A stretch of DNA of 64,000 nucleotides, from positions 110,582-174,581 of the forward strand of contig CAKSNL010000004.1 of assembly GCA_934476235.1 (NCBI GenBank), written 5' to 3'. Positions 53,365 through 62,405 of this stretch are shown piece by piece. The stretch comes from an uncultured Clostridia bacterium (lineage in GTDB: Bacteria; Bacillota; Clostridia; CAKSNL01; HGM11501). The notes below the pieces were generated by a model, which worked only from the letters and a program-made list of their open reading frames with translations, searched no databases and was not told the DNA's origin. Numbering within the stretch: the stretch's first letter is position 1; the number at the start of each line of letters is the position of its first letter. The position numbers and the translations under genes were made by a program.

Positions 53365-56358
53365 ATGAAAAATCTCAAGAAAGTTCTCGCACTTGTATTG
53401 GCATGCGCTACTCTCTTCACGATGAGCTCTTTCGCATTTTCGGACGTTGCTGAAGATGCAAGCTATCTTGAAGCTGTAACGATGCTCAGCAAGCTGGGAA
53501 TCATCAACGGTTATGAGGATGGAACCTTCCTTCCTGATAACACAATCACCAGAGCGGAAGCTGCGAAAGTTCTTGTATGCGCTCTTAACGCTGAGGATTC
53601 GGCTAAGGGGATGGCAGATCAGGCACTCTTCACAGATGTTCCCTCGACTCACTGGGCTGCAGGTTATGTAAACTATGCTGCAAACTACGGTATCATCGCT
53701 GGTCGCGGAAACGGCATCTTTGATCCCGAGTCTCCCGTTTCTTACGAGGAAATCGTAAAGATGGTTGTTGCAATGCTTGGTTACACTCCTGTTGCAAACA
53801 TCAAGGGCGGTTATCCCACAGGTTACATTTATGTTGCTAACAACGTAGCTAAGATCACCAAGGGTGCTACCGGCTTAACAGGCGACGCTGCTAAGAGATG
53901 GGTTGTTGCAAGACTTGTATTCAACTCTCTTGAGACAAAGATCATGGAGCCTGAAAAGTGGAGCGCAAGCGATCCCGACTACATCAAGGGTGAGGACACT
54001 CTCTTAAAGGATTACCTTGAGGTTACCAAGGTTGAAGGTATCTTAACATCGACCTTCCTTTCCGAGGACAACTTCCAGGATAAGGAAGACCAGAACGTTA
54101 CTATTCATCTTAACACGATCAACGGCAAGTCAAAGAGAGCTCTCGAGGATGCCGGCGACGGCGACTGGGCTGACAAGATCGACACAGACTACACTGTAGA
54201 CGCTAACGACACATATGCTGAGGATTACCTTGGATACACTGTAACCGCATACGTTAGAGACTTCGACGAAGGTTCTGACGAGCTCGTTGCAATAGCTCCC
54301 AAGGCTAACAAGAACTCTGCTCTTGACGTTGCATTTGACGATTTCGGCAAGGATGACGTTAAAGAGGTTAGCAAGAAGGTTCAGTTCGAATACTATGCAA
54401 GCGTTGACGCTGACGATACAACAACCGGTAAGGTTAACGTAAAGAACGACGTTCCGGTATTCAGAAATGGTAAATACGACAATGGTTATGCTGCTAGCGA
54501 TGTTATCGATTTAATCCAGGGCTATGTTGATGCAGCTAACGACAACGTAATCGACTCTAAGGACAAAGAAGGCTTCATCAGATTCCTTGATAACGACGGC
54601 GACGGATATGCAGATTACCTCTTCGTTGAGACAATCAACGCCGAGTATGTTGTAGACTCCATCACAGCTAAGAGCTACAAGATTAAGGATAAGAAGGATG
54701 ACAAGACAATCACTCTTGATCCTACTGACGATGAGAAGTATGTAAACTTCTACAAGAACGGCGTACAGGTTGAGTTCTCCGCAATCAAAGAGGGTGACAC
54801 TCTTTCTGTAGCATACAACAAGGGCACAAGACTTAACGATGCAAGCGTTGTAAACGTATACATCTCTTCTGAGACAGTTGAGGGCTATGTTTCTACTGCA
54901 TCTGCTAACAAGAACGAGTACAAGATTGACGGTACTGTATATGCTAAGTCTTTCAACTATGACAAGGCTATCTCCAGAACCGATGACGGCGTATTCTATC
55001 TTAACTACAAGAACAGAATTGCTTACAAAGAGGCTGAGACAACTAAGGAAGGCAACTATGCATTCGTACTTGATATAAACAACGATGACAGCTTCTCTGA
55101 CGGAATCAGCTACACTCTTCGTTTCATGAACGAAAAGGGTGAGTGGGTTGACGCTAAGCTTTATGACAAGCTTGCAATCTACGGCAGCGACGGCGGCTCG
55201 ATTGTTAAGTACTCGAACGTTGACGAGATGAACGGTACTGACAGCAAGTCCAAGAAGGCTACAATTGCTGACGCTACTTTGAACTGGTTGAACCTTGACG
55301 GTACAGACCTTAAGCTTGATGTAGCTAAGACTCAGAGAGTATTTAAGTATACACTCAACTCTAACGGTGACATCACAAAGATCACTCTTCCGATTCTTAA
55401 TGACGGTAGCGACAACTACGATAAGTGGGCTGACACTGTTGACGAGGATAACTTCGCAGGCGAAGCTTTCACAGCAACCTACAAAGAGTCTTCCAACAGA
55501 TTCAACGGCATCACCTACAAGGGCGGCGCTGACAAGAACACTGTAATCTTCAAGGTAGATATCGATGATACCGAGACCATTAAGGATGTTACCAAGAAGG
55601 CTGACGTTTCTCTTTCCACCTATGCTATGTTCAAGGATGACACGGAATACAAAGGTTTCGCATATGACTACGGTACAGATTCTTACAAGTGCATGGTTAT
55701 CACCAACGCTGGTAAGAAGATCGACGAAGAGTCCTCTCTCGTAGTAGTTAAGAGCGCAGAGATCGTTTCTGACGGCGATGATGAGTACCTTACAATCGAC
55801 GGTTACATGGACGGTAAGGAAGTTACTCTTGAGTCTGTAGTAGCTGATGATGTTGACATCACAAGCAACGATAAGACCACAACTGCTAAGATAACAACTG
55901 CTGAGGGTCTTGAGGCTGTTGAGTGCGGTGCTATCATAGAGGTTTCTCTTGACGGCGCAGGCAAGGTTGACTCCATCAACGTTCTCTTCACCTTCGAGGA
56001 AGCTGTTTACGGTGATACCGTAGACAACGGCAACCACGAGGACGGCGCAGCTTATTTGTTCGGTGCTATCGTATCTGACAAGGCTACAGGTTCCGGTAAG
56101 GCAATTGACATTGCTGATAAATATAAAGGCACTGTAATCGAGAATATCGCAACTGCAGGCGCTGGCATGAAGGGTAACATCTACTATGTAAAGAACGGCG
56201 CAAGAAAGAACGCGATTTCTGTAGACACCTCTATTGCTGACTATGTTGACTCTATCGATGATTCGACAGGTTCCGGCGATACGGTTTACCTCGCATTTGC
56301 TAAGCTTTATGACGGCGACACTGTTGACGTTGTAGTTTACGATTACGAGATAAAGTAA
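53365..56358 (+). CDS. S-layer protein (N-terminal SLH domains plus large surface domain)
   Basis: Signal peptide; SLH repeats (LSKLGIINGYEDGTFLPDNTITRAEAAKVL); acidic Thr/Asp/Lys-rich body; codon usage distinct from its neighbours. Confidence 0.7.
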   Translation: MKNLKKVLALVLACATLFTMSSFAFSDVAEDASYLEAVTMLSKLGIINGYEDGTFLPDNTITRAEAAKVLVCALNAEDSAKGMADQALFTDVPSTHWAAGYVNYAANYGIIAGRGNGIFDPESPVSYEEIVKMVVAMLGYTPVANIKGGYPTGYIYVANNVAKITKGATGLTGDAAKRWVVARLVFNSLETKIMEPEKWSASDPDYIKGEDTLLKDYLEVTKVEGILTSTFLSEDNFQDKEDQNVTIHLNTINGKSKRALEDAGDGDWADKIDTDYTVDANDTYAEDYLGYTVTAYVRDFDEGSDELVAIAPKANKNSALDVAFDDFGKDDVKEVSKKVQFEYYASVDADDTTTGKVNVKNDVPVFRNGKYDNGYAASDVIDLIQGYVDAANDNVIDSKDKEGFIRFLDNDGDGYADYLFVETINAEYVVDSITAKSYKIKDKKDDKTITLDPTDDEKYVNFYKNGVQVEFSAIKEGDTLSVAYNKGTRLNDASVVNVYISSETVEGYVSTASANKNEYKIDGTVYAKSFNYDKAISRTDDGVFYLNYKNRIAYKEAETTKEGNYAFVLDINNDDSFSDGISYTLRFMNEKGEWVDAKLYDKLAIYGSDGGSIVKYSNVDEMNGTDSKSKKATIADATLNWLNLDGTDLKLDVAKTQRVFKYTLNSNGDITKITLPILNDGSDNYDKWADTVDEDNFAGEAFTATYKESSNRFNGITYKGGADKNTVIFKVDIDDTETIKDVTKKADVSLSTYAMFKDDTEYKGFAYDYGTDSYKCMVITNAGKKIDEESSLVVVKSAEIVSDGDDEYLTIDGYMDGKEVTLESVVADDVDITSNDKTTTAKITTAEGLEAVECGAIIEVSLDGAGKVDSINVLFTFEEAVYGDTVDNGNHEDGAAYLFGAIVSDKATGSGKAIDIADKYKGTVIENIATAGAGMKGNIYYVKNGARKNAISVDTSIADYVDSIDDSTGSGDTVYLAFAKLYDGDTVDVVVYDYEIK

Positions 56359-56386
56359 GAATCTTGTTAAATAAAAAGAACGCAGA

Positions 56387-56413
56387 GCAATCTGCGTTCT
56401 TTTTTGTGCTCCG
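56387..56413 (+). terminator. terminator of the S-layer gene
   Basis: AGAACGCAGA-gcaat-CTGCGTTCT followed by TTTTTT. Confidence 0.75.
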
Positions 56414-56414
56414 C

Positions 56415-57140
56415 ACTCATTACGCCGGCGCGCACCGTAGGGGATGGCTGCGCCGGAAAAGATAATAACAAGGCTCCCTTGCTAAAGGCGTGGCGGAAAA
56501 AGACAACAAAGTCTTTTTCCGTTAGGTGCGAAAAACCGTTCAAGGTTTTGTCGCACGCACTTAAAACCGCAAAGGCGGTTTTAAGCTGGCACGGCATAGC
56601 CGTGACTGAGGGATTTATCGGTGCACCCACGCATTTTACGCACCCTCTTTCCCGGGTCGATGTGGGCATCGCCCCCTACAATTCACCTACTTTCGTTACT
56701 GCACTGTAGGGTCGATTCTGAGAATCGACCGCCCGGGTGTACGCATGTTTTTTCGTGACCCTCCCGAAAAATCCTCCCGCCATTTGCTCCGCAAATGCCA
56801 CCGTCTCGCTGCGGCTCTCCTCGCGCCTTTAGTTCTTGATGAGTCTACCGGACTGCCATTCATTGCCTCGGCGCCGCTACGCTACCTTTAGCTCTTGAGG
56901 GCTCTTAAAGGCTCCTCCTGACGGGGGGCTGTCACCGTAAGGTGACTGAGGGAGAGAATCTTAATTGCGCACCCACCGCGGGTCGCCAAGGATGGCGCCC
57001 CCTACGGATTCCCGCGCATTATGTTAATGCACCCGTAGGGGAGGATGCCTTCATCCTCCCGCCTTATGTTTTGCACCCACTATGCTAATGCACCCATAGG
57101 GTCGATTCATGAATCGACCGCACGGGTGCATCCTTCCCGG
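56415..57140. repeat. modular palindromic interspersed repeats, locus B
   Basis: Copies of the CCGTAGGGG units (both orientations), the GGTCGATTCnnnGAATCGACC palindrome, and the X and Z modules. About 85-90% identical to loci A and C. Confidence 0.75.
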
Positions 57141-57205
57141 CAAAACTCACCTCTCTTAGCGAAAAGAAGGAACAAAGCATGCAAAAAAATTAAAACAAAA
57201 AAACG

Positions 57206-57235
57206 GAACAAGCTTTTGCTTGTTCCGTTTTGTGG
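57206..57235 (-). terminator. terminator after tRNA-Thr
   Basis: Minus strand AACGGAACAAGC-aaaa-GCTTGTTCCGTT followed by TTTTTT. Confidence 0.7.
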
Positions 57236-57242
57236 AGCTATT

Positions 57243-57318
<76 letters not shown>

Positions 57319-57588
57319 ATAATATTATACTGTATTTTGCGCAGTTTGTCAAGAAAAAATTACAGATTTTTTAGCCGGGCGGCGGATGAACGCCCGATGC
57401 CTTATGCCGGATAATTTTTTGTTGTTTTCGGGAAGCGCCGATAAAAACCATCAATGATTCGACCGCAAAAAATTAAAGAAACCGCATAACCTTGGCAAAA
57501 AACTTAAGGCATGTATATTTTAGGTGTGCTACAATGCACTTGACCGAGGCAAAGAGCCCGGAATAAATCCGAAAAGAGGATGATGAAC

Positions 57589-58977
57589 ATGAAATTTGAA
57601 AACGGAAAAGCAAGCGGCGTTAAAATAGCGTATATCGGAGGCGGCTCCAGAGGCTGGGCATGGGGACTTATGAGCGACCTTGTTTCAAACGAGGACATGT
57701 CGGGCGAGGTCAGCCTTTACGACATTGACTTTGAGGCGGCAAAGCACAACGAGATAATCGGAAACAAGTATAATTCAGCCGAGGGCGCAAAATCTGAGTG
57801 GCACTACAAGGCGGTTGAAAAAATCGACGACGCGCTCACCGGTGCGGACTTTGTTATAATCTCTATCCTTCCCGCGACATTTGACGAGATGGAGTCGGAC
57901 GTTCACGCGCCCGAAAAATACGGAATTTACCAGCCCGTCGGAGATACGACCGGACCCGGCGGAATTATAAGAGCGTTGCGCACGATTCCGATGTATGAGG
58001 AATTCGGCAGGGCGATAAAGGAAAACTGCCCGAACGCATGGGTAATCAACTACACAAACCCGATGGCGGTATGCGTGAATACTCTTTACAAGGTATTTCC
58101 GGAAATTAAGGCTTTCGGATGCTGCCATGAGGTTTTCGGAACGCAGAAATTTATATGCCGTATATTAAAGGAAGATTTGGATATTGATGCAACGAGAGAA
58201 GATATCGACATAAACGTTCTGGGTGTTAACCATTTCACATGGATAACGGAAGCGAAGTACAGAAATACCGACCTCTTCCCCATCTACCGTAGCTTCTGCG
58301 AAAAACATGCCGAGTCCGGATTCGGCAAGAATGCGGACGATAACTGGATTAACCGCCAGTGGGCAAGCAAGGAAAAAGTGAAGATAAATCTTTTCTTAAG
58401 ATACGGATATATTGCCGCGGCGGGCGACCGTCATCTGGCAGAGTTCTGCCCGGGCAAGTGGTACCTGGAAAACCCCGACAGTGCATTTAAGAACTGGGGC
58501 TTCGGACTTACGAGCGTTAAATGGCGCAAGCAGGACCTTGTCGGTAGACTTGAAAAAAGCGGAAAACGCGTGAGCGGCGAAGAAGTATGCAAGATAAACA
58601 ATACCGGTGAAGAGGGCGTTCACCAGATGCGCGCACTTTTGGGTCTTTCCAAGCTTGTGACCAACGTTAACATTCCCAACCGCGGGCAAATCCCGAACCT
58701 TCCCATCGGTGCGGTTGTCGAAACAAACGCGGTATTCACCTCAGACAGCGTTAAGCCGGTATTTGCGGGCCAGGTCCCGGAGGAGATATATCCCCTCATT
58801 TCAAGGAACGCGGGCGCTCAGGTTCTCGTAACCGAAGCGGGCTTGAAACGCGATCTTTCCCTTGCGTTTGACGCATTCTGCCACGATCCTTTGGTAACGA
58901 CATCGCTTGCCGACACCAAAAAACTCTTTGACGAAATGATCAGCAATACAAAAGAATACCTTAAAATGTATTTTTAA
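57589..58977 (+). CDS. glycoside hydrolase family 4 (NAD/Mn-dependent glycosidase)
   Basis: GH4 N-terminus KIAYIGGGSRGW and the CCHEV / NYTNPM regions. ATG at 57589. Confidence 0.8.
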   Translation: MKFENGKASGVKIAYIGGGSRGWAWGLMSDLVSNEDMSGEVSLYDIDFEAAKHNEIIGNKYNSAEGAKSEWHYKAVEKIDDALTGADFVIISILPATFDEMESDVHAPEKYGIYQPVGDTTGPGGIIRALRTIPMYEEFGRAIKENCPNAWVINYTNPMAVCVNTLYKVFPEIKAFGCCHEVFGTQKFICRILKEDLDIDATREDIDINVLGVNHFTWITEAKYRNTDLFPIYRSFCEKHAESGFGKNADDNWINRQWASKEKVKINLFLRYGYIAAAGDRHLAEFCPGKWYLENPDSAFKNWGFGLTSVKWRKQDLVGRLEKSGKRVSGEEVCKINNTGEEGVHQMRALLGLSKLVTNVNIPNRGQIPNLPIGAVVETNAVFTSDSVKPVFAGQVPEEIYPLISRNAGAQVLVTEAGLKRDLSLAFDAFCHDPLVTTSLADTKKLFDEMISNTKEYLKMYF

Positions 58978-59007
58978 GCCTGTTTTTTAACTTTTTCTCT
59001 TTTTTCT

Positions 59008-59037
59008 CTTGACAAAACCGCGTCAAAAGATATATAA
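59008..59037 (+). promoter_or_regulatory. promoter of the surface-protein gene
   Basis: TTGACA, 18-bp spacer, TATAAT. Confidence 0.55.
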
Positions 59038-59098
59038 TAAATCATGATAGGTGGGCTGTATATTTTTACAGTGGATATTTAATAAGGAGTGAATTGAG

Positions 59099-60814
59099 AT
59101 GAAAAAATTTATCGCATTGGTACTTGCTATGCTCATGGTTATTTCGTGCGCATGCGTTGTAAGTGCCGAAGACAAGACACTGTTTGAGTGCCTCGGAGGA
59201 AAAGCCGGCACGCTTGAAAGTGCAGTTAAGACATCGGTAGTAGGTAAGCTCAGCACGTTTTCGAACTTCACCGCAGTTGTTGAAGCAAACGGAGAGGCTG
59301 ACCGTTCATATGACCTTAAGGCTATTCTTGATATGACAGGCGTTAAGAATCTTGTTGCGCTTGCAAAGACCAAGGCTGAAGGTCTCGGCTATACGGGTGA
59401 CTTTAATGCGCTTGACGTCAAGGGTGCATTCAAGGTAGTTGTATCTTATCCCGACGGAATCACCATTCCGGACTTCGCTGCTGAGGGCGCATTTACGTCA
59501 GAGTTAGCTGACATATTCACGGTTAGCGCTCCGGTCGTTGACAAAGGGGCAAAGACGATTACTTTCGATTTTGCAATTGCTGACGGAACAAAGGCTGCTG
59601 CTATTGACAAATTTGCCGATGAGTTCTCTTTGACTGCGTTCGGATTTGAAGTAACCGAGATCGGCGACTATGTATTCACCGGCAAGATGACAGGTAACAC
59701 TGACATCTACGAGGGTAAGGACAAGGTTTACACAATTAACTATAAGTCGGTTGACGCTAACGATGCAGAGGCTGATCCTTCTCTTACAATCAGAATAAAG
59801 GAGAAGAAGTCTTCTTCGTCTACGCCTAATTCCACAACGAAGCCTTCCGGCGGTTCTTCCGGTGATAAGAAGGATGACAAGACAGGCAAGATTGAGTCTA
59901 CGGTTTCCGGTTCTACCGCAACGGTTAAGGACGTTACAGCGGACGATATCGATGCAGCTGCAAAGAACAATGAGCTTGTAATCGACCTTACAGATCACAA
60001 GAAGGACATTGACACCGTTAAGGTTTCCGGCACAACCATAAAGAACATTGACGAGTCCGACGTTGAGAATGTTAAAATCAACCTTGGAGATACGAAGATT
60101 GCGGTTGATGATAAGACAATCTCTGAGATTGCAAAGGCTGACGCTAAGAACGTTGAGATCGGAATTAACAAGGACGTTAAGCTTAACGAGAAGCAGGGCG
60201 AGGCTGTAAAGAATCTTGAGAATGCAAAGACTCTTACCGTAACCATCAAGGCTGACGATAAGGACGTTAAGGGAATCGCAACTGTTACCGCTCCTTATGA
60301 GTGGGACGGAAAGGGCGTAATCCTTGCAGGTACCGTTGACGCTGAAGGCAAAATCACAAACGTTCCCGTTACCTTCAAAAAGGGCGAGATTAACGTAACG
60401 GCTGCTGCAAACGAAGCAGTTGTAGTATGGACTGTTCCGGCTGAAAAGGCATTCGTTCTCACAATAGATGAGAAGGACGCTGATGTATTCGGCGAGAAGG
60501 CGTCTAACGACGTTGCTCCCAAGATCGTAAAAGACAGAACAATGCTTCCCGCAAGATTCGTTGCAGAAAAGCTCGGCGCTACCGTTGAGTGGAACGGGGA
60601 GAAGCAGGAAGTTACCGTTAAGTCTGACGATGTTACAATCGTTATCACGATCGGTGCAAAGACCGCTCTTGTAAATGATAAGGAAGTTAAGCTTGACTCT
60701 CCGGCATTTATCGAGAACGACAGAACTTACACACCTATCAGATTTATCTCTGAGAGCCTTGGTGCAACCGTAAACTGGAACGGTGCTACCGAACAGGTTG
60801 TTATCACGAAATAA
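59099..60814 (+). CDS. secreted protein with a C-terminal copper-amine-oxidase N-terminal-like (cell-wall-binding) domain
   Basis: Signal peptide; Ser/Thr linker; C-terminal repeats RFVAEKLGATVEWNG / RFISESLGATVNWNG typical of Cu_amine_oxidN1. Confidence 0.65.
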   Translation: MKKFIALVLAMLMVISCACVVSAEDKTLFECLGGKAGTLESAVKTSVVGKLSTFSNFTAVVEANGEADRSYDLKAILDMTGVKNLVALAKTKAEGLGYTGDFNALDVKGAFKVVVSYPDGITIPDFAAEGAFTSELADIFTVSAPVVDKGAKTITFDFAIADGTKAAAIDKFADEFSLTAFGFEVTEIGDYVFTGKMTGNTDIYEGKDKVYTINYKSVDANDAEADPSLTIRIKEKKSSSSTPNSTTKPSGGSSGDKKDDKTGKIESTVSGSTATVKDVTADDIDAAAKNNELVIDLTDHKKDIDTVKVSGTTIKNIDESDVENVKINLGDTKIAVDDKTISEIAKADAKNVEIGINKDVKLNEKQGEAVKNLENAKTLTVTIKADDKDVKGIATVTAPYEWDGKGVILAGTVDAEGKITNVPVTFKKGEINVTAAANEAVVVWTVPAEKAFVLTIDEKDADVFGEKASNDVAPKIVKDRTMLPARFVAEKLGATVEWNGEKQEVTVKSDDVTIVITIGAKTALVNDKEVKLDSPAFIENDRTYTPIRFISESLGATVNWNGATEQVVITK

Positions 60815-60862
60815 TTGATAACGGTTTCCAACGGCTGTTGTCGGATGGAGAATGGTTTATTA

Positions 60863-60895
60863 AAGCCGAAGCAGCAAAACTGCTTCGGCTTTTGC
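60863..60895 (+). terminator. terminator
   Basis: AGCCGAAGCAG-caaaa-CTGCTTCGGCT followed by TTTGCTTT. Confidence 0.7.
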
Positions 60896-60962
60896 TTTCA
60901 GTAAATGAGATATTGAGAGGGATACCATTAAACAGAATATTGTAAAGCAGGAGGTATTTAAG

Positions 60963-61958
60963 ATGTATAATGCAAGTGAAAAACGTTACTCAAAGATGAA
61001 ATATGCCCACTCCGGCAAAAGCGGACTTAAATTGCCGAGGGTATCGCTCGGGCTGTGGCATAATTTCGGAAATACCGCTTCTTATGATAATATGAAGGCG
61101 CTGTGCACAACGGCGTTTGACAATGGTATAACCCATTTTGACCTCGCGAATAACTACGGACCCGAACCGGGCAGAGCGGAGATCAATTTCGGGAAAATTC
61201 TGAAGGACAATTTCCTTCCCTACCGTGATGAAATGATAATAAGCACAAAAGCCGGATACGAGATGTGGGACGGGCCCTACGGAAACTGGGGAAGCCGCAA
61301 GTACCTGATCGCCAGCCTTGACCAGAGCTTAAAGAGAATGGACGTTGATTATGTGGATATTTTCTATCACCACAGACCGGACCCGGAAACTCCGCTTGAG
61401 GAAACGATGGGCGCCCTTGACTATGCCGTTAAGAGCGGAAAGGCGCTTTACGCCGGACTTTCCAACTATAACGGAGAGATGATGGAGCGAGCTGCGGAGA
61501 TTCTTTCAGAGCTCAAATGCCCGTTTGTTATAAATCAGAACCGCTATTCGATTTTTGACCGCGCGATTGAGCAGAACGGGCTGAAAAGGAGCGCGGAAAA
61601 GAACGGCAAGGGCATAATCGCATTCAGCCCCCTTGCGCAGGGCACACTTACGGATCGATATCTGAACGGTATCCCGGAGGATAGCCGGATAAAGACGGAC
61701 GGCAGATTTTTAAAGGCTTCCATTTTGACCGAGGAGAGACTATCGGAAATTAAACGGCTTAACGAGCTGGCACACCGCCGCGGGCAGACGCTGGCGGAAA
61801 TGGCGCTCGCCTGGGTGCTTAAGGATAACGCGGTGACAAGCGTTCTTATCGGTGCGTCAAAGCCCGAGCAGATACTTGACAATATCAAGGCGATAAATAA
61901 CACCAACTTTACAGAGGCTGAGCTCCGCGAGATCGATTCGATTTGTGGAATTATATGA
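60963..61958 (+). CDS. aldo/keto reductase (YghZ/L-glyceraldehyde-3-phosphate reductase-like)
   Basis: AKR motifs GLWHNFG, HFDLANNYG and YVDIFYHHRPD. Confidence 0.85.
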   Translation: MYNASEKRYSKMKYAHSGKSGLKLPRVSLGLWHNFGNTASYDNMKALCTTAFDNGITHFDLANNYGPEPGRAEINFGKILKDNFLPYRDEMIISTKAGYEMWDGPYGNWGSRKYLIASLDQSLKRMDVDYVDIFYHHRPDPETPLEETMGALDYAVKSGKALYAGLSNYNGEMMERAAEILSELKCPFVINQNRYSIFDRAIEQNGLKRSAEKNGKGIIAFSPLAQGTLTDRYLNGIPEDSRIKTDGRFLKASILTEERLSEIKRLNELAHRRGQTLAEMALAWVLKDNAVTSVLIGASKPEQILDNIKAINNTNFTEAELREIDSICGII

Positions 61959-61961
61959 TAA

Positions 61962-61998
61962 AACACCCCGTGATGCAATGCATCACGGGGCTTTTTTA
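61962..61998. terminator. bidirectional terminator
   Basis: CCCCGTGATGCAT/TGCATCACGGGG followed by CTTTTTT. Confidence 0.75.
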
Positions 61999-62001
61999 AG
62001 T

Positions 62002-62220
62002 TTACAGCCTTGCCAAAATTTCCATTCGACGGGCTTTCTGCTCGTCCTCGCTGATATATCCGAGCTCGTAATCCTCGTTTATCAGCTCAAGCTCTTCCTT
62101 TAATGTCAGCGTTCCCTTCTTCTTTTTCCTCCGCAGCGTGAAGTTTATTTGATTTTCTGTTTTTATCTGAGGTTTTATTGTTGTCAGTAACGTTTTACCC
62201 TCTGTCCGGAAGCGCGGCAA
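62002..62220 (-). pseudogene. SHOCT-domain ORF lacking its own ATG/RBS; probably the C-terminal part of a frameshifted PLDc_N-SHOCT gene
   Basis: LKEELELINEDYELGYISEDEQKARRMEIL is SHOCT-like. Reachable only from a TTG with no SD, one frame away from the upstream ORF's stop. Confidence 0.35.
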
Positions 62221-62377
62221 CCAAAATCATGCCAAATATTCCGGTAAAAAATACCCAAAAGCCGTAGCCGTTATCATAGCCTTTGCTTTCTGCAACGCGG
62301 GCAAAATCTATAGCCAGCGCTATCCATAGTATCCAACCTATTATTCCTATAACCCATAATACACCGTTCATTTCCAT
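62195..62377 (-). CDS. PLDc_N-like small membrane protein
   Basis: 60 aa, two TM helices (LWVIGIIGWILWIALAIDFAR...GYGFWVFFTGIFGMILVAALP); strong AGGAGGAAG RBS. Confidence 0.6.
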   Translation of the reverse strand: MEMNGVLWVIGIIGWILWIALAIDFARVAESKGYDNGYGFWVFFTGIFGMILVAALPDRG

Positions 62378-62405
62378 TTTTTCTTCCTCCTAAAAATTAA
62401 ATTTT

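Noticed and set aside
54511-56037. 508-aa ORF antisense to the S-layer gene
   Set aside because: It is Val/Cys/Leu-rich with low complexity, has no RBS, and is fully embedded antisense in a strongly coding gene. It is an artefact of the S-layer gene's D/T/N/K-rich codon composition.
56367-56709. Two overlapping 100-aa ORFs inside repeat locus B
   Set aside because: They are composed of repeat modules, on both strands with no RBS, and are most likely non-coding.
56805-56900. Hammerhead-ribozyme-like CTTGATGAGTC motif inside the Z repeat module
   Set aside because: It has TTGATGAG rather than CUGAUGA, and no matching GAAA/helix III partner could be assembled.
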